In this document: piece by piece, positions 27,813 through 40,209 of the stretch
How positions within the stretch are numbered: position 1 is the first letter of the stretch
Layout: each line of letters begins with the position of its first letter
Source of the DNA: Callorhinchus milii
Taxonomy: Eukaryota
Length of the DNA stretch: 64,000 nt
Assembly (NCBI RefSeq): GCF_018977255.1
Contig: NW_024704742.1
Location: 85,498,001 to 85,562,000 of the forward strand
Reading direction: 5' to 3'
Made by a program: the position numbers and the translations under genes
The notes under the pieces: model-generated
What the model was told of the DNA's origin: nothing
Database searches by the model: none
What the model saw: only the letters and a program-made list of their open reading frames with translations

Positions 27813-28273
27813 CTTTTTTTAAAAAAAAAAGCAACAAAAGGGTTATCAGCTTACACATATCTACACAATTAACATCCACTCATAGAATCTGGATAAGCTT
27901 TAAAGGCCCATCTTTGACTGTACTTCCCTTCCCAAAATCTAGCTCAGACTTCTTCCTACTCATTATAAAGGTGATTTCTCCTTATGTGAAAGATGCCCTA
28001 CGAGTGCAAAATGGTTAAGATCTGAACAAGGAAGGTCGCAAGTTCAATCCCTGATCTTAGCAGGTAAACGCTTATGGCCAGAACAGCAAATCGAGGCCAG
28101 AACTACAATTGCTCAATATTCTCCCCCCGACATAGTTTTCCAGACTTGTGCAGTAATTCTTGAATGAGCTTCGCCATGACATTATATTGAATCAATTGCC
28201 TGGAGGTATTTCCCAATTCTGCAATGGTTTAAAAATGGTACTAAACAGCCATCTTATTAAAACATGAAGATAC

Positions 28274-28501
28274 CTTTATCAATGTGCACTTCCAAAATCT
28301 TCTTTTCCACAACAATTTTTCTTCCACTGCAGTTTTTACAACGGTCCTTAGGACTAATGCGTTCCCCTTGGCCATGGCACTCTTGACACACAGACTGGAT
28401 TTGCTGAACCATGCCTGGCCCAATTTGATGGATTCGCACCTGCATACCTGTTCCTCGACAGGTAGGGCAGCATTCCACTGACCCCTTTTTACCACCACGA
28501 C
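28274..28501 (-). CDS. DNAJA1: DNAJA1 coding exon 4 (zinc-finger region)
   Basis: [19 protein letters not shown]...LEVHIDK. Confidence 0.95.
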
Positions 28502-28967
28502 CTAGGCAAAGAAAACAGTTCAACAACATCAGCAACAGTAGCTCTTCCACTACCTACAAACTTTTATGTACTTTTTTTAAAAAAAAGCTGCTGCTCAAAT
28601 TTTCTTCTTCCAACACCAAGGTTAGAAATACCCCCACAACTAGACTGGTCAGGATGTTTGATTTGCATTGCTACCCAGCAGCCTCCAACAGGTGCCCACG
28701 TGTGGAAGGTTAAGGTTCAGTCTGATGCTTATTCTACCAAGCGGTTATTTGAATCAAGGTTCACAAATGAACATTTGTAGTTGAAGCATTCACTACACTT
28801 CTAAAATTCCCCAAATTTACTGGTGGAGCATGAATCACATTTTCTAGAAAATGTGGAATTTCCAAAGCACTTTATGGAAGTTGCCAGACATACAAGTTTG
28901 GGGCAATTTCAGGAGAGTCTAACAGGAAGTTTAGTCCTTGTAGTGCATTCAGTAAAAGTTTACATAC

Positions 28968-29072
28968 CTTCACACTTCTCACAGATCACATTTTTTTGCA
29001 ACGCTAGCTTCCTAGTAGCACCATTGTACATGTCTTCCAATGACACAGAAAGCTGGTGGACCACATTTTTCC
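28968..29072 (-). CDS. DNAJA1: DNAJA1 coding exon 3
   Basis: [35 protein letters not shown]. Confidence 0.95.
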
Positions 29073-30604
29073 CTAGGATTTTAAAGAAAGTTTCACATCA
29101 TTTTCTATGACCAGAGCAACTTCAGCAAACAAACTCACTGAACTCCCTTAAACAAGTCTAAAATGTGGAATTGGAATTTATTTTACAGTTTAAATAGAAT
29201 AAACAAGGACATCCTTCAATTTGTAATTCAAGCATTTCCCATGTAAACATTTAAGTATTAAGCAACACTACATCATTCCTCAAACCATTTTAAATATTGT
29301 TATTTATACATATTTCTGAATTTCAATGTGAAAAGATTGTTTGAAAGATTGAAACAATAGAAATATTAATATGATCTAACAAATTCTCCAGACTAGTGTT
29401 ATAGAACAGTGATCAGAATGTCCTGTTATCGAGATTAAATCTGTAGACAGCATGTGCAGAGGAGGAATAGGACAAGCAGTTAACAAAACAATTTAACCAA
29501 ATAGTAGCTGGCTTCATTTGGAGCCACTATTTGTTCTGGGAACCAAGATGAGTATCAAACAACATCTCAAAAAGGCAAATAGCTACTAAGCACTTTTTTT
29601 TAAAAAAGGGCAAGAGGTCAAGAACACTCATTTATATGTCACTTTTCATGTCAGCAGGACATCCTAAGACAGACATGGGTTTGAACCCGAGCTGGAAGTC
29701 GAATTCAGGAAAGGGCCAAGGGAGATGACTGAAGGCGCAGTGAAAAGGAAGAAAGGTCTTGAGATGGATCTTGAAAGACGGGAGGGAAGAATTCCAAGAT
29801 AGGGTTCCAGAGTGGGGGCAGATATGCTGAAAACCTGATAGCTGAAAGTGGGGGAAGCAGAGCTGGGAACATGAAGCAGGCTATTACCTGCCAGGGAGAG
29901 GTGTTGGTAGGCTGCATTTGATAGCCATGCAAATTCCACATAAAATAAAAACTAATTGATTGAGTGGTGGGGAGGGTGGTATGCTTATTTTGGGCGCAGT
30001 TAATTTTGTCTGTATTATAGGAGACAATACATTCAGGTTCAAATAGAGAACAGTAGGAACTAGAGGTGAGACAGGATATGGCATTTCATTCCCTCAATGA
30101 TAATAGATTACACAGAAAGAACAAGCTGTACTACCTGTGAAAAGTACAAACTAATATTTTTCATTTCATATTCATTGTAGCTGGCTTGTGAATCAGTTTT
30201 TTTTGGAGGATAAAAGGGGAACAAATTTAGATTCTGAATAGATATGAAGTAAAAAAATTATAGCTAACTACTGTACAAAGCAGGCAAAATAACAATTGGA
30301 ACTTTAGTGTTGAGCTTATATCTTCACTAATGTGTTGGTTATGCTGTACTACTCATTATGCAAACACAGAAAGGCTGCCATTTCTCCCCTTCGTGCTTTT
30401 AACAGATTCATTGCAAAAAAAAAGCTCCAGAATAACAGTCGACTAAAAGCAAACCTAGACTCAGTCACACAGAAATGTTCCAAGTTATTATTCTAGAAGC
30501 AAAATCCATTCGAGATTTAGTAGCCACTGGTTAGAAAAATTGCTTTCACCATTGTTACAGAATAGGAAACTTCCCATATGGATATTTTTGGAGGCACCAA
30601 ATTA

Positions 30605-30820
<216 letters not shown>

Positions 30821-31790
30821 TCAAGACAAAAATCAAAAAAGTTATAAGAAATCAACTTCACATTTAACCATTTATGTAATTTCTAAACCATTGTTACTTG
30901 AATGTTTGAAGAATTCAATTAGATTAAGGCAGTAAAATTTTTTGAATATACACTTTGATTTGCAGTCTGAGTTAAATGTAATCACATTAATTAGGAAAGT
31001 TCCAACCTTACATCCTGCCAATCCACCCATACAGCAATAACCTGTACTCTTCTGGCTAATTTAGAAGCATGTCCAAAGCCATCAAGATTTGGTTCTATTT
31101 CGTTTTGGGCACACATGTCTTTTTCTGCTCCCTCCGCGAACCCAGAGAAGAAATAAACTTATTCACCACTATGACTGACATTTTGGCAACATCCATCCAC
31201 AGAATATCTGCTTAAGATAGATACTGTTAAAAACAATTTTTTAAACATGTGTTGTGTCTAAAAATAATGGTAATCGGCTTACATTTGTTTAATAAAAAGG
31301 TGCTCTTGCAGGTCAACAACCATTCTTCTCTAGCTACAATACAAAAAGGATTCATCTACAAGTTTCTCCATTATTTTTGCCAAATCCTACTCAACCAACT
31401 GGAAGCATTGAAAGCAATATTAAGCTAATGTTAAAAGTTAACAGTTCCAGCACTAAATATTTCAAGTAATTGAAGTATGGCTAATTTCAATGCTCTGCTT
31501 GGACATCAATCTCAAATATGAGTCAGTTTTTATACACAATTTATACATAGTGCCTTTCAAAGATCTTTTAAAAATAACAAAAATGCCTTAAGGAGCCATT
31601 CAGCAATTCACAATAAAATATGATGCCAATGGCATCCTACAACCAATTAATGTTCTAATGAATTTGGATTGCTCAGGAAATCAGAAGAGCTACTGTTCTT
31701 CCCATCATGGGATCATCATCCTCCACAGATCAGAAATAGAAATAAAAGATGTTGGTTAAACATCTCATCCAATGAAGATTAACACTTGAC

Positions 31791-32201
31791 AATTGGTCAT
31801 TTTCAATCTACGACTGTTTGCGGGACATTGCTGTGCGCAATTGGCTGCCGCATTCGCCCACAAATATACAGTCAATTCACTTTAATAATAAATAATAATA
31901 ATCCTTGCATTTGATATAGCGCTTTTCACGTCGGGAGGACGTCCCAAAGCGCTTCACAGAACATACTGCAAAGTGAATTGACTGTATATTTGTGGGCGAA
32001 CGCGGCAGCCAATTGCGCACAGCAATGTCCCACAAACAGTCGTAGATTGAAAATGACCAATTAATTATTGTTTTTGGTTTTTGAAGGGATTATTATTAGG
32101 CGTTGGCACTTATTATTAGCACTTTACAGTGTGTTCTGTGAAGCGCTTTGGGACGTCCTCCCGACGTGAAAAGTGCTATATCAAATGCAAGGATTATTAT
32201 T
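31791..32201. mobile_element. SINE nested in opposite orientation within a SINE of the same family
   Basis: Plus-strand copy split into 31791-31884 and 32120-32201 by a minus-strand copy 31885-32101; CACTTTA duplicated at 31878-31884 and 32120-32126. Confidence 0.85.
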
Positions 32202-32244
32202 GAGAAATTGAAGTGTAATTTAATGAAATAGTGCTCAGTACAAT

Positions 32245-32695
32245 CAGTGAGCACTAGGCTCCGCGACCCCATCTCCTCCATCCTTGCCCAACTCCACTGG
32301 CTTCCCATCACACAGAGGATACAGTTCAAGATCCTGGTCCTCACCTTCAAAGCCCTCCCCAGTCTTGCTCCTAATCTCTTACTACCCCGTTCGCTCCCAC
32401 CGCTCAGCGGGCTCTGGCCTGCTTCACGTCTCCTGCCTTGCTCGCCCCACTATCAGCAGGCGGGCTTTGGCCACTCTGCACCCACCCCCTGGAACTCCAT
32501 CCCACAGTCCTTCTGTCTCGCTCCCTCCCTACCTTCAAGACCCTCCTCTTCGACCATGCTTTCAATCTCCCTGCTTCACCCCTGCCCTCCCCCACCCAGA
32601 CCCTCAGCTCAGGTCCGTAACTCTGTCTGTCCAGTGCCTTGGGACATCCTCCTGACGTGAAAGACACTATACAAGTGTAATTTTATTGTTGTTAT
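32245..32695 (+). mobile_element. L2 LINE 3' fragment
   Basis: [25 protein letters not shown] plus L2 tail. Confidence 0.85.
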
Positions 32696-33462
32696 CGTCA
32701 TGTTTATTCAAGGTTTCCATTCCAAGTGTTTACCTAAAATTAACTACTGATGGGCTTCACTAATATTTAAGGTAAGTTAATATCCAGGTTATAGTCACTT
32801 AATTTTGTTTATTGGTGAGCAAGTTTAGACCTGCTAACCCCCTATTAACTGAATTGGACTGAAACGTTCCCCTTGGGAACAAGTGTTATTTATGTCCCCG
32901 CAGACAAATCTTCATCCCCAAACCCTTCTAGGCCCCAAATTGTCAAAGGACAATGCAGACCGGAACCATGTCTTCACGACCACCCGAGCAAGTCAGGTGA
33001 CTGGATCCCCTCTCTGGCAGGGCAAGACCAGCCTGAGCCTAGTGAACAAGTGATCAAGGTAGTTTCGAGTACAAGTATTCTCTGCTTCCTCTTTATCAGA
33101 GCAGATCAAGCTCCTTATATCGGATGAAAGAAACCCTACAATCAACACCGATCCAACGAACATAGGGCTGAAATATACAGTTATGTTTTAGTTGCTGCTG
33201 TGATCAAGTTAGTCATTCCTTTTGAGACAGTTGTGATGTATAAATTTCCTCTTTGTGCTTCACACAGATCATTTCCCAAGTGAAAAGGCAACAGCAGCTA
33301 TGCTAATTCAATATAAAATTGCTCGTCTCCATGCAAGCTGCTGTTGCTATGGATTCCACTTGCTTGGATACAATGTAAACTAAATGGATTGATCACGAGG
33401 CCACTTACAGCACTGGGTAACCGTAGAGAATCTGATAAGTTCTTATGTTACATGATATTTAC

Positions 33463-33594
33463 CCTTTCACCTTCATTTGGATTCTTATCTGGGTGGTATT
33501 TCAAAGCAAGTTTTCTGTATGCCTTTTTTAGTTCATCTGAACTTGCAGTGGTTTTAACCCCCAACAGGTCATAGAACGCAGTTTCTTTCACCAT
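33463..33594 (-). CDS. DNAJA1: DNAJA1 first coding exon (J domain)
   Basis: [44 protein letters not shown]; acceptor AG above 33610. Confidence 0.95.
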
Positions 33595-34999
33595 TTTGTC
33601 AATTCAGTATCTGAAAGTAAAGCAAATTGGAACAAAGATTCAACTTTATGATTAACTATCAAAGTCAAAAAAACAAAAGCACAAATGGAGTTAATGCTGG
33701 GGTTAGCCAGTATCCCAATCCCATAGTTACCTCACTGTGAAATTGCAAGAGATGAAGACTAATTTAGTGTTGCAATGCTCCCAGGAGAAAACTTGAGTGC
33801 CTAAACAAACCAATGGTTCCTTGGGGGAAAACAAAGACACAAGCCACAAAGAGCCCAACATTGCAAACCTCAAGTCAATATAGTAATGATTCAAAAAAAC
33901 TTGATCCTGACTCTTACCAAAATTGCACAATGGTATGGGAATGCAAGCCTGATGAGGGATGACCCATTACCTTGCCAGAGAAGTGTTTGGCAATTATAAA
34001 AATCAACATCATTCTGTGTGGGCAGAAGATGTACATCCATCCACATATACCTACTAAAAGCAGAAATTTCACCACAAAAAGGCTCAACCGAGCCAGTGGA
34101 GATATTTAGATAGCTTCCCTGGATTTACCTACAACTTTTTTTAAAAAAACTTTCATAGCAGTATTTGTAGAAGCAGATTACTTAACCACACCTTGATTTG
34201 AACAGCTATTGAGACAACTGGTGACAAAAGCAACACAAGACCAATTTGATCTTGCTCACACCCAATCTATTCTCCTTGCAAATCAAGGGTAATTTTATTT
34301 CTGCACACCTTATTACTTTCTGTTGAAGATAATTATCTGGTTAACTAAGTGCCTCCACACCTATTTGAACATCACTGTCTGCAAATTGATCTTTTAATCC
34401 CTGTTAAAGGACCAGTTAACTAAATGTATGGATCCCTAGAAACTTGATGCTAATTTAATACCATCCATTTTGAAATACAGTACTCCACTTACTTCACTTC
34501 TGTATAGGAATTGGCAAGTGTGAAGTACTTTTTTTAAAAAAAATATTTGGGGCTGAAAAGCCAGTGAGAATAGTTGAAGAACCATTGCATGAATTTCTTG
34601 GGATGAATATTCAATATATTTGAAGGCAGAAACCTTCAGACACTTGTTGCTTCACCCCACGCACTTATCCACTTCATATTGTGAAGACTGTTCAACCATT
34701 AAATCCAAGTCTCACCCCAACAGTCAACGACAACGAATACGAAAAAACCTCCTTTAGCTGCTTTCTTAACGCAGAACAATGCTACCAATACACTGGTGCC
34801 CCAGTCAATGGCTTATTTTCACTGTCTGTGTGGACAGAAGATGTCCATCCAGAAATTTCAACCCCCAAAAAACCCTGCGATCTCCCTGCTTCAAAAGGCT
34901 GTGAACACTAGGGGCGATGTGATTTACCTAACGGACGGAGTGAAGTCCAAATTAACTCACAACCGCGAGGGGGTGGGGGAGAGATTAAAAACCCCACAC

Positions 35000-36100
35000 C
35001 ATTTCCATTGTGCCGTGGGAAGGGTGAGGACAGGGAAGGGACCCGGTAACATCACGGGGAGGGGGGGCTGCGCCTCAGAGCGGTCAGTGCCGGGACTACA
35101 CCTCGGGGGCCGTCTTTGTGGCACTGACGGGGGGGGGAGGAGGAGAAGAGAGCGCGCGCAGGCCGGTCACCTGACTAGACCATCACCACCCACTCAAGCC
35201 AGCGGAAGTGACGCTGGCGGAGGAGCCGTACCGGCTGCGCGAGCGAGAAGCCGCGCGCTCCCCTTCCCACCGGGTGGCAACGTCTCGACCTTCGATCGAT
35301 ACCACACACACACACAGCTCAGAGAGCAGGCGCCGCCATGGCGACCACAGCCCCGGTCGCGGACACGCGCTCGCTCTCAATACCGGTCAAATAAAGGACC
35401 CTCTATCTAAAGTAGCGGCGCCGACTCGAAGGTCCAAAGCAAAGCAAAGAGCGGGCAGAGCGGCATTTTGTTATCCTGACACTGAGAACAGAGGGGGATT
35501 GAAGCGGGCGGGCGGGGTGGAGAGAGGGGGGTAGAGAGAGGGGGGGTGGGAAAAAGTGGGGGAGAAGAGAGGGAGGGGAGAAGCGGGTGTATTCGAGAGG
35601 GAGAAGTGGTCGGGCGGAGGGGGAGAAGCGGGCGGGCGGAGGGTGGATAAAGAGAGGGAAGGGAGAAGCGGGCGGAGGGGGGGTAGAGAGGGAGGGGAGA
35701 AGCGGGACGGGGGGGAAGGGGCAAGAAGGAAGGTGAAACTCCCAATTCTTCAAACAGAAAACAATCGCGGTAAAAAAAAACACGCTCTGCTGCCTCCCCA
35801 CCGTAAAGACTTCCTACCTGGTGAGGGCTCAGGGTTATGCTCGCGGTGTGAGGTGATGGAGAGCTGCAGTGTCGGCGGTTCTCACGCTCTCAGCTCGCCG
35901 AATCTTCTGGAAATTTCTGCACTTGCCGGCTCATCCGGGTATTTGTACCACAGGTGGCTGACGTCACGATCAGGCAGTTCAGCCCCAGGCGGGGGGGGGC
36001 GAGTGAGCATGCGCGGGGAGACCTGAGTCATGCTGCAGCCACAAAGATTCAGTTCCGCTTCGCCCTCCGCCCCTCCCCCCCCCCCCCCACACACACACAC
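35000..36100 (-). promoter_or_regulatory. DNAJA1: DNAJA1 CpG island with candidate non-coding first exons (donors below 35818 and 35171)
   Basis: CpG-rich; minus-strand CAG|GTAGGA at 35818 and CAG|GTGACC at 35171; ETS CGGAAGTG, YY1-like CGCCATGGCG, CRE TGACGTCA 35959-35966, AP-1 TGAGTCA 36024-36030. Confidence 0.7.
35899..35918. promoter_or_regulatory. Heat-shock element (HSF site), four nGAAn units
   Basis: cGAAtcTTCtgGAAatTTCt, a perfect alternating pentamer array at the 5' end of an Hsp40 gene. Confidence 0.85.
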
Positions 36101-37038
36101 ACAGAGCTGTGCATAATAGTCATAATAATCCAAGTATTTCATATAGCGCTTTATCACGTCGTTGGGACGTCTCAAAGCGCTTCACAGAATATACGGTAAA
36201 GTGAACTGACTGTATTTTGTGGCCGAAAAGTCGCAGCCAATTGCACGCGGCAGTGTCCCGCAAACAGTTGTGGATTGAGTTTTGTTGGGGGGAGAGAATA
36301 TTACCCCTGGAAAGCAATCCGCCAATCAACTGGGTGCCTACTTACTCCTAAACAGACACGTGGACTAAGGAAATTTGTCTGTGCCCCACCTGGGATTTTG
36401 GTCTGAGCTTGAGTTTCTCGAGTTCAATTCAGCTGAGATCCACCTACAGGAGATGCCTCAGTTGTGAATAAACCAGGAGTAATGTAGGCCAGGTTTCTGG
36501 TTGACACGTCTGGGCTCTCAATCGATTAGTTTTCCCTCACGTCCGCACTAATGGCTGCCTTCGTCACTGTTTTTACCCTCCCAGGCTGCTGAGTCCCTTA
36601 TCCACCCTTTCATTACAACCAGCCTAGATTAGTCATATACACCCTACTCAACAATTTCCTCAGCCCCTCCCCATAAAAGCTGAGAACCGTCCAGAACTTC
36701 GCAGCCCGGGTCCTTTCCAGCACCAAGCCATGCAAGTCCATAACCCCCATTATTGCATGGCTCCATTCGTTCCACAACCACCACTCCCCCCACCCCAGGA
36801 GTTTGAATGTGAGATACTCATCCTCTCCCTCAAACTGCCTTCAAAGCCTCCATTCACCCTTTGTTTATCCTTTCTTGGACAAGCAAAAATTGTAGAAATA
36901 CATGCACATAGCATTACATTACACTGTACTGTACAAAGAACATTGATTAAGCAATCTATTCCCCACTATTACCCACATAGTTGTCCAAAAATATATAAAC
37001 AAAATTGCAAACATTTGAAATATGTTTTGTATCCTTTT

Positions 37039-37353
37039 GTCCTGTAGCTCAGTGTTTAGAGCACTCGCTTTGCAAGTGAGAGACCTGAGTTCAATTCCAG
37101 GCAGAGGGCAAAACCTTGGGCAAGTTTCCTTACTCCACACAGAGCCTAATAATAATCCCTCCAAAACCAACAACAATAATAAATTGGTCATTTTCAATCT
37201 ACGACTGTTTGTGGGACATTGCTGTGCGCAATTAGCTGCCGCGTTCGCCCACTAATATACAGTCAATTCACTTTACAGTGTGTTCTGTGAAGCGCTTTGG
37301 GACGTCCTCCCGACGTGAAAAGCGCTATATCAAATGCAAGGATTATTATTATT
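37039..37353 (+). mobile_element. Full-length young tRNA-derived SINE (best reference copy)
   Basis: GTCCTGTAGCTCAGTGTTTAGAGC...GTTCAATTCC head, internal AATAATAATCC, tail CAAATGCAAGGATTATTATT. Confidence 0.9.
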
Positions 37354-38299
37354 GTCTATATTTACCATCAGCATTGCATATTATGCAATATTGGGATGAA
37401 GTTTGATAAAATAAGAAATTGATGAAAATGAAAATTATTGCAATTTTTAATATAATAATCCTTGCTTTTGATATAGCACCTCATCACGTTGTTGAGACAT
37501 CTCAAAGAGTGCACAACATAATTGCGAAGTGGATTGACCGTGTATTTTGTGGGCGAAACGCGGCAGCCTATTACGCACAGCAGTGTCCCACAAACAGTTG
37601 TGGATTGTGTGAGGGATTACAGAGGGATTATTACCCCCGGAAAGCGATTTGCCAATTGACTAACAACTGGGTTCCTAGTTACTGCTACGTAAACAGAGCT
37701 GTGTAGAGAAGAAAATTTGCCTAAAGGTTTTGCCCCGATCAAGGATTAATTAAACCCAGGTCTTATTGCTTGCGAGCCAAGACTGCCGCCGCTAACCACG
37801 TCGCTACGGGACTCCACATTTGTTCAGATCCCTGAGATATAACAACAATAACTTGCATTTATATAATGCCTCTGTCACAGGGTAGCATCTCGGAGGATTA
37901 ACAGTGGCAGAGCTTGACTCTGAGGGAGGAGGTGACCGTAAGCACAGAGGAGGAGGTTCTTCAGGTGCCTGATCTGAAGACAGGCAAGGAGGAGGGATTG
38001 AGGCAGAGAGTTCCATAGTTTTGGGGTGTTAGTGGATAAAATAGAATAATTGTTGGGTTTATTGCATTCAACAGATAACCAAATATTTTGAACACATGCA
38101 TATGATCTTTCAGGACATGGCCCAGACAATTTGTCGAGATGCTGTATACTAGGAGGTTCACAGCTGAAAAGTGGCAACTATTAAATTAATTGGAATGCCT
38201 GCCTTCCTCAGTGATCCAAGAATTCAATCACAGATATAGCGAGGTTATAGCATGCAGAACTCAACCATTCCTTCATTTTAAAGTAGACCTAATACAATG

Positions 38300-40205
38300 C
38301 AAATTTACATTTATATAGCACCTTTCACATCAGGAGGATGTCTCAAAGTGCTTAACAGTACTGACTGGGCACATGAGCGGGGGCTGGGGGTGGGAGGGAA
38401 AAGATTATCGAAAGTAGTCTTGAGAAAGATGAGATGAGGGAGGGAGATGAGGCAGACCGACAGACTCTGAAGTTCCAGAGAGCTGGGGTAGAAAGGCTGA
38501 AACCTGCCTGCTGATGGTGGGATAGATAATAATAATAATAATAATAATCATCTTTACATTTGATATAGCGCTTTTCATGTCTTCCAGATGTCTCAAAGTG
38601 CTTCACAGAATATGCTGTAAAAAAATATGATGCATTGTACCCGAAGCAGGCCTGGTGCTCACTGAGCAAAGTGCAGAGCTGGGTCAGTAGGGTTTGAGGG
38701 GTTCGCAGAGTTAGGGGTGGAGTAAGACCCTGGGGGGATTTAAAAGTGAGAATGAGGATCTTGAACTCGATTTGCAGGGGGACAGGTAGCCAGTGGAACA
38801 AGCATGGATGGAGGTGATAGGCTTGTGGAACCTTGTGCACGAAAGGATACAGAGAGTTCTGGTTCATCTGAAGCTTATGTAGTGAAGAGCTGAGAGGATG
38901 GATGTGAGGTTTAAAGCACAGTTGGGAGTCAAATTCCGAGGTTCCACAGCAGCCCTGTGAGATGGGAGTGTGCATCCATACAGGTTGATCCTGTCAATGC
39001 TTGAGGCAAGAAGGTGCTGACAGTAGGGAGATGCTAGGGCATGAAATAATTTGTAGAAGGGTATGGGGATCTTGAAGTTGATCCATTCTGTAATTGGGAG
39101 TCAGTGGATCCTGGCAAGGACTGTGGGTGATGGGGGTATGGAGTTTTGTGCGGGTGAGCACATGGGACTAAGATTTGAGGATTTGAATTAGTTGGATTTT
39201 ATGATTGGTGGAGTTGGGAAGACAAGCTAGAAGGGTATTGGAATTATCAAGATGGGAAGTGACGAATGCATGGATAAGGGTTTTGAGTCTCAAATTCAAG
39301 ATCCTCATCCTCACCTACAAGGCCATTCAAGGCCTTGCTCCCTCTTACCTCTCCGACATACTATCCCCCTACTTACCTGCCCGTACCCTCCGTTCCTCTG
39401 GCTCCGGTCTGCTCCACATCCCCCGCACCAACCGCCCTACCATCGGTGGTCGGGCCTTCAGCCTCTCAGCCCCGAGGCTCTGGAACTCCATTCCCCAGTG
39501 CCTTCGCCTTGCTTCCTCCCTTTCCTCCTTCAAGGCCAGTTTGAAGACCTTTCTCTTTGACCGTGCCTTCAGCTCCCCTCTCGACTCTCTACCCACTCCT
39601 CGCTCCCTCCCTTCCCTCCCCTCACCCTGACCATTTCCCCCCTGCTCGGGTCCTGACCCAACTATCCAGAACCTTGGGACGTCCTCCCGACGTGAAAGGC
39701 ACTCTATAAATTAAATCTTGTTGTTGTTGTTGTTGTTGGGTACGAGATACAGCTGGAGGCAGGCAATGTAACAAGGTGAAGGAAGTTGGTCCTGGTCAGG
39801 AACTGGATGTGGAGTAGGAAGGACAGTTGGGGATCGAGCCTGAAGCCTGGGTTATGCACAAGTGCAGTAAGCCTGAAGGATATGCAAGGGAGGTTAAGGA
39901 GGTCAGAGCCGCAGATAAGAAGCCGTTGATAGGTGCCAAGGAGCATGGTTTCCATTTTGTCAATATTTAGCTGCAGAAAGCTGCCGCTCATTCAGGCTCT
40001 GATGTCCAACAAGGCAGTGGACAAAACATCAGCGACCTGAAGTCACAGCTGGACGAGAAGCAGATTGGGATGTCATCCACATACATGTGGAAGTTGACCC
40101 CATCTATGACTGCAGATGATATCACCGAGAGGGATGGAAGGGGTCCAAGGATGGAGCCTTCGGATGGTACGTTGCAGGTGACTGGGCGGGTGGAAAAAAC
40201 GTTTG
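38300..40205 (-). mobile_element. Older L2 LINE (minus) interrupted by a SINE tail (about 38525-38620) and a young plus-strand L2 3' end (39293-39737)
   Basis: Minus-strand FLQLNIDKME, HMYVDDI and TLIHAFVTS on both sides of the plus-strand insert, which ends in (TTG)n. Confidence 0.8.
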
Positions 40206-40209
40206 CGGA

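Noticed and set aside
28266-28273. DNAJA1 donor GTATCTTC as a second U12 site
   Set aside because: It deviates from RTATCCTT and there is no TCCTTAAC-like branch point near the acceptor; treated as U2.
34796-36199. Arg/Gly/Pro-rich ORFs in the DNAJA1 CpG island (and 9951-10661 at SMU1)
   Set aside because: Expected by-products of GC-rich promoter DNA and purine tracts.
37039-37110. SINE heads as functional tRNA genes (TTTGCAA loop)
   Set aside because: They run directly into the SINE body and tail in several copies and lack a proper acceptor stem.
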